From the NCBI RefSeq assembly GCF_009914755.1, contig NC_060928.1: 64,000 nt of DNA. One strand, given 5' to 3'. Below are positions 30,373-44,320 of this stretch, one piece after another (the stretch's first letter is position 1; every line of letters begins with the position of its first letter). A program made the translations under genes and the position numbers. This DNA is from the human T2T-CHM13v2.0 reference genome, Homo sapiens. The notes beneath the pieces were generated by a model. That model ran no database searches. It saw nothing but the letters and a program-made list of their open reading frames with translations, and was not told where the DNA came from.

Positions 30373-30880
30373 CAGAGGACTGGTGTGCAAGGCCCTGATC
30401 ACGCAGGGCCCCATAGAACATAACAGTGAGGTTGGATTTCATTCCAAATACAATGCTAAGCCACTGAAATATTTATTTATTTATTTAGCTGGAGAGTCGT
30501 TTAATTTCCAATAAGCTCTCTCTGGCTACAATATAGAGAGGGGCAAGCATTGAATCAGAAGACCAGTTCAGGAGGCTTTTGCAGTAGCCTAGGAAAAAAG
30601 TTGATCTTGAACTAAAAGGTGGTAAAAATGAGAAGTGTGCAGATTCAAGATGTAATTTAGTGATAGAACTGAAGGGACTGGCTTAAAAATTGGTGAGGGA
30701 TAACTAGGGAAATGGAGAAATCATGGATGATACCCAGACTTCTGGTGGGAAAGCTAGGAGAAGAACAGAAGAACAGTTTCGGTGAGAAGGTAGAGTCACA
30801 ACTTTGATTTGGGGCATGCTGAGTTTGCGAAGCCTAAGTTAGGACATCCAATAAGAGATGTCACATGGGTAGCCAGATTT
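30373..30880. mobile_element. L2 fragment
   Basis: L2 motifs (gaccagttcaggaggcttttgcagtagcctagg; tttggggcatgctgagtttg; gacatccaa). Confidence 0.75.
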
Positions 30881-31469
30881 GTAACACACTATACCCTGTC
30901 AGCTTACTTCTTCAATCTGGGTGATTTTCTAACTATGCTGTGACCTTATACAGTATGTTCTAATCATTCCTCTCTCCCTACCTTTGCTCAGATGTTTTCC
31001 CTACCCTCCTCTTCTTCTTTGCCTAGACAAATCCTCTTCATGTGCAGCTCAAATCTCCCCTTCTGCAGTAGGCTTTGTCCAATGATCCTAGCCCATATTC
31101 AAATTTCTGCAGCCCTAAAAGTCAGTGTGACACTTTTGAGCAATTTAACTCCACATTGTCTTTTTATAAGAGTCTTTATTGCACACAAGTCTAGCCAGCT
31201 CTATCAGATTGTAAGCTCCTCATCCAAGGGCCACTTCTTAGATATTACTTGTGTTCTTCATAAGCACATAGTGGCTTATGCACTTTTAAATGTAGTGGTA
31301 ATTAAACAGCAGATTTACATGAAAAGCTATGAAATATTCAAATGGAAGAAGGTAAAAATAATCAAATGCTTCTGCCTTCTGAAAGAGTTTTTAAAAGCAA
31401 AGCTAGAAATTTCCATTTGGCATCTGAAACTCAATAAATATTATCATTAATTAAAACTGCTGATTCAAT

Positions 31470-32110
31470 GACTCCTGTAGACATTGTATCTTTGGAGTGT
31501 GATAAGGCATTGAGGCAGCATTCCTGAGATAATCCCGTGACGAGAGCGCTGGCTGGCATTAATGGGAATTGGAACAGGATGATTGAAAAGCCTGGACTTT
31601 GATAAACAAGGACCAATGATGAAAAACAATTCAATATCTAATAAAGGGGTGGGGAAGAGGCCACTAACAGAAGGCCTCACTGTGTCTGTTAGATCTGTTT
31701 CATTTCGTATCTTCATTAATGTCTGGGAACAAGGCTTACACATTTTGTTAATAACATTTCTGATTGGTACTAAATTAGGAGGTGCTGCAGACATCATTGA
31801 GGAAAGAGGAATAACACAGATGGATCCAAAGAGGTTAGAAATATGAATAGAAATTATCACAATGAGATTTGATTTCAGAAAAATGCAAATGAAGGCAGCT
31901 GGGGGAGAAATCATCCAAAATGCAATATAATCAGTGGGTTGGGAAACCTAGAAAGCAGCAGCATAAGAGTGTCTGGCAGGCTAGCAATGGAATAAAGAAT
32001 ATGCAATGACAATGTGCTGTCTCATCCCACATGGCTGGTGACAGGTACAGGGAGAAATGACTTGTCAAGGAATTGCATTGCAATACAGTCTTCTTCAATG
32101 TCCATAAACA
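31470..32110 (+). mobile_element. Ancient CR1/L3 LINE reverse-transcriptase remnant
   Basis: VDIVSLECDKA resembles VDVIYLDFSKA; FRIFINVWEQG..LLITFLIGTKLGGAAD..R..TQMDPKRLE resembles FNIFINDL..G..LSKFADDTKLGG..D..R..IQ.DL.RLE. Confidence 0.8.
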
Positions 32111-34271
32111 TTTTTGGAGATGGTTTGGGAAAATAAACAAAATAAGCTCAGACATTTGGGCCTTAGTTTATTCAGCTGTTAGAAAAGAATTAGACTCGTG
32201 GCTTCTAAGGTTCCCCAATTCTAACCTCCTGTGATCCCAGCTCTAACCTTCTGTGGTTCTAAGAAAAAGAAAGGTTGCGAGAAAATACGTGATTAAGGAG
32301 GTTCACTGTGTGCAGCACTTCTAAAGATCTTTAGGAAAAGAAGACAGGATGAAACACAAAGCTTGAAAATATGTTTCCAAATAGATTCCCAATTGACAGG
32401 ACTGCATGCGGAATTCACCTTCAAAACAGTGTCTTTCTTCCAATACAGATGCCGGGCTAAATTAACATAAAATCTGATAGTTATTTGTTTACAAAAATTA
32501 TCTCTACCAACTATTTCTTCAAATAAAAACTCTTTAAAGTATTGCGGTTTTTTTGGTTTACAAAAATCTAATCGCCTTAAAGTGGTTAGAAATATATCCA
32601 CTGTACAAAGCAGGTAAGATCTGCATTAAAGAGTTCCCACCGTATCTGGAGATGGTGCTGTGAGAAACAGACTAGCCCTGTTGGTTGGTCTGTTCATCTG
32701 TCTAATTACCCTCTTGCTCAGACTGTCACATTTTCATCCCCTTGAGGTTCATTTTCTTAGATGATTTCTCTCATCTCACCTACTTTCACTGACCTAGATC
32801 CCCAACAAATAAGCAAGTAAGGCATCTTAGGGGTGGGGAAATTTTATTTTCTACCTTAATAGGTTCATTTTTGTTGGTAGAAAGTATAATTAATCCTGCC
32901 AGGTAAGTGCAGAAAGAAAATGCCGTACCCCACGCAGCAGCCTCTGGAGAGTTTCCTGGTTTCCTTTCTCTCTCTCTTTCTTGCTCTCTCGCTCACCTGC
33001 TAGGCCACCTCCCACCTGCACCACTTTGTCGGAGTATTCCGCATAACGGAAGGGGTTACAATGCAGCATGCATGGAATGACAATGCTTTAATGAATTGAT
33101 AAATCACCGTCTTCACTGCTTAGAGACGACCAAGCTATTTGCTCTTTTCTCATGACTTCCAAATGTTCCAAATGTGCCCTGGATGGTGAAATGCTGTGGA
33201 AGAAGATAATGTGAGGCATGATGTGCAAATCTCACCTTCCAAAATCACACCAGGAAAAGCTGTCAGGGCATCTGGGTCAGGACCACTTCTGCTGCTGCCT
33301 GTTTACATGGAGGAGAAAACCAACAACACCCACCCATCTTGAAAGGAAGAAGGCAAACCTGTTTCTGATGTGCAGAAGAAAAGTTGTGCATCTGAAGCTT
33401 AGGCTCATGGCTAGGAAAGGTGGCAACACTGAAACAGGATTTCTGAAGGGAGACTTAGAACCCACAGAGAGCCACATAAGGTTAAGGATTCCTGAGCTGC
33501 ACTAAAGTTCTGGTGTTTTGTTCTCTTCTACACAACCGCCACTGCATGCTGCTGCTAACAGCATGAGCTGTACTTGAGGGTGCTGCCTCGCACACAAGTC
33601 TCCCTCCTTGACATGCACACCCCCCAGAGACCCAGCCTTGGGGGATGGTCTATTATCCTGAAACAGGCACAAACTCTTTGGGGTCTCCTGACTGTGTTCT
33701 GAGGCTTACTCAAGCCATGGAAACGCATGAGGCCATGTCACTCCCTGCCTAAGACCTGGCAGTGCCTTCCTGTGATATGTAGAACAATATCTGAACTCTG
33801 CCTGACAGAGCCTTGCACTGATGTGGCCCCCATCCCCCACTCTGGCCTTGCACTCACATGGACCAGCCACGCTGGCCATCTTTCTGCTCCTTGGACACAG
33901 CATCCTCATTCCTGGTTTTGCTTTGACTCCTCCCTCTGGATGCTCTTCCTCTACCCTCCTCTCCTTCAGGTCTCAGCACTAATGCCACCTCCTCAGCAAG
34001 GTCTTCTCTGACCACACTTTGTAAAGATGCCCCATCTTGGGCCTCTATGTGATGTTACTCTGTTTAATTCTTTATATCCTTCTCTCTCTGAATACATTTG
34101 TTTGTTCATTTGCTCACATGTTCATTTGCTGTCTCTCCTACTGTAATATACACGTTATGAGGACAGGGACCTTGTCTGTCTTGTTCTCCTGTGCCTAGAA
34201 CAATGCTTAACACATGTGTTTGCTGAATGAAAGGATAAATGTGCATTTGGACACTGGGAGAGGCACTAGAG

Positions 34272-34430
34272 CAGGGGTCCGCAACCCCCGGGCCACGGAC
34301 TGGTATGAGAATCTAATGATGAATGTTATGTATTTGAATCATCTTAAAACCATCCCCCCACCCTGCCATCTATGGAAAAATTGCCTTCCATGAAACTGGT
34401 CCCTAGTGCCATAAAGGCTGAGGACTACTG
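34272..34430. mobile_element. MER1-type DNA transposon, internally deleted
   Basis: caggggtccgcaacccccgggccacggactggta ... aaactggtccctagtgccataaaggctgaggactactg. Confidence 0.75.
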
Positions 34431-34577
34431 CATTACAGCACAGCAGTAAGAGGGTGACTTCTGGAGTCCAGATGCTTACATTTAAACCCCTCTTCTGTCA
34501 CATAAATCCGAATGTCCTTGGATAGGTTACATAACCACTTTTCTGTTTTCTCGCCTATCAAATGAGGAAAATAATAG

Positions 34578-35455
<878 letters not shown>

Positions 35456-35998
35456 ATATTTAAGTAATAATGGCTGAGAATTTTCCGAATTAATGACAAG
35501 CACCAAACCATAGATCCAGGACACTCAGAAAACTCCAAGCAGGATACATACCAAAAAACCCTACACTTAGGGTTTACACCATGCCCAGCTAATACTTAGG
35601 TATCATCATATTCAAACTGCAGAAAATCAAAGACAAAGAGAAAATCTTGAAAGAATCCAGAGTGGAAAAAATCCCTCCTTACCTATAAAGGAGTGAGGAG
35701 AAGAATTATACCAGGTTTCTCTTCAGAAACCAGCAAGCAAGAAGAGAGTGAAATAAAATATTTAAGTGTTGAAAGAGAAAAATCCACCCACCTAGAATTC
35801 TGTACTCAGCAAAATTACTCTTCGAAAATGAAGTAGAAATAAGGACTTTCTCAAGCTGGGTGTGGTGCTATGTGCCTATAGTCCTAGCTACTAGGGAGGC
35901 TGAGGTGGGAGGGGCGCTTAAGCCCAGGAGTTCAAGGCTGCAGTGAGCCATGATTGCTCCACTGCACTCCAGCCTGGGTGACGGAGTGAGACCCTGTC

Positions 35999-36033
<35 letters not shown>

Positions 36034-36750
36034 CATTCTCAGACAAACCAAAATTGAGGGAATTTGTCACCAGTATACTTGCCTTGCAAAAAATGGTAAA
36101 AAGAGTTCTTCAGAGAGAAGAAAAATTATATCAGAAACCTGGATCTACATAAGTGAAGGTAAAATAGAAACTTTTATTATTCTTATTCTTAATCTAACAC
36201 ATAACAATTTGTTCAAAATAAGAATAGTAACAATTTGTTTAGTGATTATAGCTTATGGATACGTAAAATGAATGACAACAATGTCGTAAAAGACAGGAGG
36301 GAGAAATTGGGAATACACTGTTAGAAGGTCCTTGTGCTACTGCAGGTACTATTATGAAGTGGTACAGTGTTATTTGAAAGTGGGTTTCGATTAGTTGTAA
36401 ATGTATATTGCAAATTCTAGGGCAATCCATAAAAATTTTTAAAAAGAAGTATAATTCATATGTTAAGAGAGGACAGAAAATAGACTTATACAAAATGGTC
36501 CATTAAAACCACATAAAAATAGAAAAAGAGTAGAATACACAAATAAAAAGTAAGAAAAAGAGCAGCAAATGGAAAACAGAAACTTGGTAGATATTGATCC
36601 AACTATATCAATAATTGGTAACTTGGTAGATATTAGTCCAACTATATCAATAATTACTTTAAGTGTGAATGGTCTAAATATACCAATTAAAAGACAGACT
36701 GTCAGAGAGGATTAAAAAAAAAAAAGACTAAACTCTATGTTGTTTAGAAA
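35456..36750 (+). mobile_element. L1M (MC/MD-like) ORF1 and inter-ORF fragment with an Alu monomer at ~35855-36030
   Basis: tcatattcaaactgcagaaaatcaaagacaaagagaaaatcttgaaag; aatggtctaaatataccaattaaaagacagagactgtcag. Confidence 0.8.
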
Positions 36751-37262
36751 TCATGCTGTAGGACAGCACATAAGAATATCCAGTGGGTGGCCTGAATCAG
36801 GACAGTGGGGTTTCAGTCTGTCTATCCACTAATTAGCTGTGTGAACTTCGAGAAGTCACTGGTATTCTCTGTTTACTCCTCTGTAGAATATGAGAATTTA
36901 AGCTAAATCCCTTTAGTTCTCTTCCAGCTCTCAATCCAATGCCTCATTACCATGACTTGATAAGGAAATATGAGCCACGAGGGAGTGGGCTGAAGCATCT
37001 AGTAGGTGCTTTTGGTTGGACTGGGTCTGTGAGAGACCCAGATGTAGCCAGCAGAAGCAGATGCATGAGCGTGACAGCACAAATCTGAATCCTGGCTCTT
37101 CCTTGTGAAAACTTAACTCTTGGAGAACAGGCATCTCTCACCTGGGTCCATCTTTGACTTGGAGCAAATTATAAGGAAGTTGCAAGCAGTCTTTAGGTTG
37201 ACTTCACCCTACTGGCAAGGAAGGAGGATAGACCATAGAGGAACTCAGGAGATCTTTGCTGA

Positions 37263-37667
<405 letters not shown>

Positions 37668-40486
37668 TAAAAGTATCTCCACCTTTCCTACTATTGCCTC
37701 TCAGCCCCATACATACATCTTCTATAGAAGAAAAAGAAAAGGAGTTTAAAATGTTTAAGTCTCAACGTTAAGAATACTGTTCTTAATGCTCAAGGTCTTG
37801 TTTGTAGCATCTAGCAAAAACCCTGCTGATCCCAAACAGAGACAGCTATGGCATGACTTGTCCATTTTGGCCAATGGCATGACCATTCCGGTGAAGGAGA
37901 GAAGAGAGAGAATCTTTGAAACTATCTTTAAAAACCCATGGATTATCAAAGGGAAACTAAATCAATGACTGCATTAAGTCAGGGTTGTAAGTCACCATCC
38001 TACACTGGCAGATCATAGCATTTTTTCATTTCCCCAGGTTGTTCTCCTCATAGGGTTAAGTGGTTTAAATAAATTGTTCTAGACACTGACTAGTTCTAGT
38101 TCTGTTCTAGTTCTCTCCCACTGACACAGTTCTGCATGTTATGGAAACTGGCCCTAATCTGATCTTAGAGAGGTACCTTCCACCTAGGTCTAAGTGACAT
38201 TGTTATAAAACCCCAGGTCCATGAAACACTGAAATTTCCACTGGGAAACTTTGGGGATTCTAATATCCTACTAGACAGAAAAGCTCCATGAAGGCGAAGC
38301 TTGTGACTCTTTGCTCATTGTTATTCTCACTGTGCCTTCTCAGTGTCTGCCACATAGTAGGTGCTCAATAAGTATTCGTTGAATGAATTTTAAAAATCCA
38401 CTACAAATGTGGGCCTTGAAAAAGTATGCATAGTTCAAATTTGATGGTTTCTAAAACTACATTTTAAAGCTGTTCATTTATTTTTTTATTTACCTAACAA
38501 TCATTAATTGTTTTCTATATGACAGACATTAGCATACAGAAACCAATTAAACAATATATCAATTCTCATAAAAGAGAAGGGGAGAACAATATTCACCGAT
38601 TGCTACTATAAGCTTGGTACTTTTTATTCATTATTTTATCTTCCTAGCAACTCTGTGAGGCAAATATTATTATCCTCCCCTTGCAGATAAAGGAACTGAT
38701 ACTTGCAGAAAGGCTCACATCTAGCAAATGGCAGAGCAAAGAATTTATTCTAGGACCTGGGTACTTCCATCTACAGTGTACTTTCTCCCTAAAATAAATT
38801 TAAAATCACAGTCTAATATTCTGTTATGTGGTGTTTTGTTAAGAAAACTTAGGTTTTCAAATTTTGAGTTATAAACAAGTAGTTTCATGAGAAAAAAAAT
38901 CAGAGTTTTAGGCTTCAGCTACAAGTTATTTATCTTTGAAAAAAAGTCCAATAATAGAAATGTTTTATAACTACATGAGTGTGTCATTGGAGGCTATAAA
39001 GAAAGGATTGCTTGAACACAAGAAATGAAAATTATCAAGTTAGGTCCTCAACGTCATCTAAGACCTAAGTCAATTATTATTTTGAAAGCACAACACTGAA
39101 ATAAGATGGCTGAAGTCAAAATAAAGTGCAGCATAGTTCACACTGCCAGTGGTGAACAAATGAACATGGAACCAGGAAGCTGCCAACTGCTCCCTTATGC
39201 TTAATAGCTTATTTCCTAGGACCTCAGTACTAATACCTGATGTGCTTGAATTACAAGCAGTATATATACACACCACCAATTGTGTTTCCTAATTGACCTA
39301 TTGTGTTATATCCTATTTACCTTATGAAAAGTCAAACTGTGTAAGAGATGCCTAAAATAAGGAAATGAATTCTGAGCTACAAGAGCACTTAGTGAAATAT
39401 TCCGCATCAGGTTGTCTCGTAGGAGTGGAAGGCCCATGGCAGAGGTGGCCACATGAGCTGTGTGTCTGAGGGCCACAGGGAAGCTCCTGGGTCACCCGTC
39501 TCCCTGGACTCTAGAGCACTTTTCGCAATCATCATTCCTTCCCAATGAGTGAAAATGCACGGGGCCCAGAATCATCTACACTCATAATGTGGGCAGAAGT
39601 TTTGAAAACAAGTTGTTCTCACTCAGATTAGGAATTGGGAAAACAGAGATCCATGACCAAACCAAAAGTACCCAAGGAAAGTACCCAAGGAGGTGGGGAA
39701 TGGTCTAGGACTGGGATAGTCTTAAAGAATATGGCCCAATCCTAGTGCAGTGATGACCGTCTCTTACATTTTTATAGCTCCCTGCAGTTTTCATTGATTT
39801 TATAACAACCCTGAGAATGAAGTTTTGTTCTTATTTTTACAGATTAAGAAACTGAAGTTGAGGAAGTGATTCACAGCTAGCACCCATCAGAGTAAAATCC
39901 CTGCGTCTTCAAACTTCAGATGGAATAGTCTTTCCACCATGACCTCGCAGGGCAACCTCGGGACTAGGTGTTGTAAGAGCAATGACTTGGAGTCAGGCTG
40001 GCCTGCATTTGCCTAGCCCTGAATGTACTGCTTTTTAGGCATATGATTTGGGCAGGTTCTTTAACCTCACTGAACCTCATTCTCCTCATCTGTAAAATGG
40101 GACACATGTAACATCTAGCTCACAGGGCTACTATGCGGATCAAATACTATATGCATACCAGTGTGCTTATCACAGAACTTGGCCCCTGGTTAGGGCTGGA
40201 CAAATGTTGAGGCTTTCAGGGTATGTTCACAGCATGGGCTCTGGATAGAGGAGTCTCCTTTCCCCTCAGTAGTTCAGCATGCCTTAGGGCACAAAACCCC
40301 CCCAGGGGACATTTTACTGTATCTAAAAGCTACAAAGAGATAAAAACTTGGGACAGACTGGGCGTGCTTGGGGCCTGAACACTGAGTCTAGGACAGGGGT
40401 GGAGGGGTGTCAGCCCATCTTTCCCCTCCTCCAATACTGCCATCTGCACTGGGTCTCCCAACACAGAGAGGACCCTCCATCCTCAC

Positions 40487-40617
40487 CTGGAAAGCCATGG
40501 AGTTGGCGACAGCCAGAAATATCCTCAGAGGCAGCTTGGCCCGGTAGGACCTGTGGCTCCACAAGCGATGGGCACCAGCTGTCACACCCAGAGCGGCCAG
40601 GAGGAAGCAGAAGTAGG
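40487..40617 (-). CDS. SCD5: SCD5 internal coding exon (131 bp; exon 2 by recalled gene structure)
   Basis: Translates (A)YFCFLLAALGVTAGAHRLWSHRSYRAKLPLRIFLAVANSMAFQ, containing desaturase His box 1 (HRLWSH). Acceptor ttgtgtcttgcag|CC, donor CAG|gtgagg. Matches recalled human SCD5 rather than SCD1. Confidence 0.97.
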
Positions 40618-42624
40618 CTGCAAGACACAAGCAGGGACAACGTCAACAATGGTCCCTGAGCTTTCAAACACCCCCCATGCTTTTTCTCTCCTGAACAGGG
40701 ACACACGTGAAATGGTGTCAGGGGAGAAAGCTGCAACATGAAGAATCAATAACTTGAGAGGAGGCAGCCTTTTTATTGATTTGTAGCATCCCAGTACCAT
40801 GCATAAGCAGAGAACTTTCTTCAGCAAACTTTGACCTTTGAATATCCTTCCCTACAGCAAATCTTTTATTTGCTAATGTTTCTTGCCAGTCTTGATGCAA
40901 AGTCACAACCATGTCAATGTACATTTGCAATTCAATTTCACACATACACTCTCGGCAGGGCAGAGATTGAGCTCTACCTCACCTCTTAATTGGCACACAT
41001 GACAGGGTGAGTGTTATGTGAAGAGCATATTTCTAAGTGGCAGTGCCCATTATTGGTATCAATAAACATATTTAAAGAGAGCACAATATTACATCTTCCA
41101 GAAGTGTTTGACTGATCTTGATCTCAATCTATATTTATTTGGTTCTAAAAACAAGATTTACCCTTAACTCTAAGAATAAACGGTCCCTGAATACCTGTGG
41201 TTTTCATGAACATGACAAATCATTCCTTACTTGAAAGGTTAAAAGCAAAACACAAACAACAATCTGCCCACAAATCACAGAAAGCTGCAGTAAATAAAAA
41301 GCTCTGGCCTCCTTTGTTATTGTAATTTAACCTTGGTCATGAGTCCATGAAATGGACAGTCATTTTCCTTGTCATCCCTGGCCTTCTTATCTCTATTAAC
41401 ATTTTTTTTTCAACTAGCAAGTAGTCAGGGAACAAGTAAAATCTAGAATGGAAAAATTCAATGTGATTCTATTCTGCCAGTAGGCTGGACCTTGGGTGCA
41501 ATAAAATTAATTCCAAGACTCCATGAAAAACATTGGCTAAAAAAGGATCACTCTAATCCACATTTCCCAGTCAGACCTTTACCACAGACATTGTCTTGTC
41601 CTTTTGGGAATCTCCAATAATTTAGGGATCACTTGCATGGTTGTCTGTCTATCCCTATGGCACCAACAGTGGTTCACAGCAGCGCCTGTACTGTGCAGTA
41701 GTGGCTGTCGGTTTCCCATGGTCCTTCTAACAACTGGAATTTGGCCATGTGACCTGGCCCTGGCCTAGTATACTGCCCTGTCTTCCCAGACATGAGAATA
41801 AACACCTGAGCCAATCCTTTTCCCTCTTCTGGCTCAAAGCCTAAGCTGGGGTTTACCAAAGATTACATATTACCAAGCTGAGAAAACCTGATTACAATAG
41901 CAAATCTTGAGGCCAAGAAAGTGAGACATGAAGACAATGAAGATGCCCACAAGAGCTAAACCTGCCTTGAGCCACTGGTTGCTGACCTAGGAGCTCTGTC
42001 ATTCTTCTTTTGATCCTGGGAGCCTGCACAGTGTGTCCTAGTTACCAGAGCCAACAGACTTCATTTTCTTGCTTAATCTAGCTTGCACTGGATTTCTGAC
42101 GCTTAAATTCTGCTGAAGCTCTTGGGAGGAAACCAACCCTCTGGTCATGACCCAAATGAGGAAAAACCACAAAAAGCCTGGGCTGAATGTAAGGATTCAT
42201 GGGCTGTCCCATTAACAGGATTCAGTTTTCCTATTTTGACAGTGCTAATTCTCTGTTCTTAATTTCTCTTCTATGATCCTTGTGGAGACTCATATTCAAA
42301 CAAGTGTTCAGTTGGATGCTTACTAGCTGCATCTGAGGTAATGAAATATTCAGACAAAGAACTTGTGACTTTGAGGAGATAAAAGGAGTAATGGGTAATG
42401 CCAAATACTTTACCAAGTAGCTCATACCTCACAGAGAAAGGTGCTAAATCAATAGAAACCAGAATCACAAAATGACAGAATTATAAGCAACAAACAAGTA
42501 TGGCAGTCTGGATGCAAACAAGAGTCATTGATTCTGGTTAGCTCAAGCCAAAAACAAAAACAAAAGCAAGAATTAAAAAATATATGGAGCAGCCTAGAGA
42601 ACTCACGGACGGTCCTGCAGGACA

Positions 42625-43175
42625 GGCTACTATGCCACCTCCAAGATGGTCCATGTGCTCCCCACCTTCTGGCATGCATGGCCTTGTGTAGTCTCTTCCC
42701 TATTAGTAACTTGCTTCTAACCAAGAGAATATAGCAATATTGAGGGAATATCAGTTCCATGATTAGTTTACAAAAGATTGTGACTTCTGTTTTGCTAGCA
42801 GATTCTCTCTTGAGCTGGCTTTGATAAAGCAAGCTGCCATGTTGGGGAGGCCCATGTGGCAAAGAATTGAGGATTCCTCCAGCCAACAGCCAGTAAGGAA
42901 ATGAGGCCCCCAGTCCAACAGCCCTCAAGGAACCAAATCCTACCAACAACTACATGAGTGAGCTTGGAAGCAGATCCTTCCTCAGTTGAGCCTTCAGGCA
43001 AGATTGTAGCCCTGACCAACACGCTGCAGCCCCGTGGGAGATCTTGGGGCAGAGGATCCAGCTAAGCTGTACCTGGACTCCTGTCCCACAAAAACTGTAA
43101 GAAAATAAATATGTTTTGTTTTACACTACTAAATTGGGGGTAATTTGTTATGCAACAATAGATAACTTGAATACA
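42625..43175 (+). mobile_element. MLT1 (E/F-like) MaLR LTR
   Basis: gcaagctgccatgttggggaggcccatgtggcaaagaattgagg ... ggtaatttgttatgcaacaatagataac. Confidence 0.8.
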
Positions 43176-44114
43176 AAACATAAGCAGGAACCTTTCATTC
43201 ATGGAAGGAAGGTACATCTTAAATCCTGATTGTAGAATAGTTTATCATCTATAGGGAAAGTAAACAGGCTGGTGTTGCATGGGGTAGGGGGTGGAGGAAA
43301 GGGGAAGAAGGCAGTGGCTGCTAATGGGTTCTATGAATAAAAATGTTTTAAAATGTATTTTAGGGCCAGTTGCACAATTCTGCAAATATACTAAAAACAA
43401 ATGACTTGTATACATTAAATAGGTGAGTTGTACAGTATGAGTTATAGCTCAAAAATCCATTATTTAAAGAAACAATTACTGAATTCCCATTGGATTTTGT
43501 TATTATATATATTTTCTTACTGTAAAATAAAATAGACCCGTCCCAAAACAGAACAAAGCAATCAAAAACCAACCATTGGCCTAGGATGCTCCCACAGGCA
43601 TCACCACCCCTAGATACTTGCCACCACCAGACATGTGTCATAACTTGGACCCTTGAATCTTCCACAGAGGTCAAGAAGAGCCTCTGTTTGACCCTACACC
43701 TATGCCTGAAGCTATCAAGACCACCCAGGATTCCAAGGCAGAAGTACCTTGTTGCCCATGCTTGCACCACAAGCCCAAGATCTAGCAGCCAGGGATGGGA
43801 AGAGACAGAGTCCAGAGCTCCTTTGGCTTCTGTGTGGAAGGCACAACCTCCTATCTGTCCTGATTTCCCTATTTGGTACATTGTTTTGATAATGACTGTA
43901 GTGACCCCCTCCTGACTATATGACAGAGAACAGTCCTAGAGGAATGCTAAAAAGCAAAAGTTAAAACTCCCTTAATCCTGGACCTGATCAGAGAAAGAGA
44001 TGGACAGCCCCCTTCAAGAGCCATCCCTGAGTGCTCGACAGAAGGAAGCACTTGGCCGAGCTCTCTAACCCTCGCTTATAATCTGTATCTCTATAGCATC
44101 AGAGTGAACATTAA

Positions 44115-44320
44115 TAAATAATAATAATAGCTACCATTGACTGAGAGCTTTCTATGTGCCAGGCCCTCTTTAAGTACTTTATACATAGTAACTCATTTAA
44201 TACTCACCACAAGTGTAGGGGGTAGGTGCCATTATGATCTCCATCTTATAGATGAAGAAAACTTGACAGTGATAGAGCCAGGGTACAATCTAAGGCAGGA
44301 AGAGCCCACATCTAAATGCC
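44115..44320 (-). mobile_element. MIR (probable donor of the duplicate at 47199-47379)
   Basis: MIR motifs tatgtgccagg and ctccatcttatagatgaagaaaact. Confidence 0.8.

Noticed and set aside
42449-43881. 166-aa and 173-aa minus-strand ORFs as extra SCD5 exons
   Set aside because: They overlap MLT1 LTR and L1 fragments and show no desaturase similarity.
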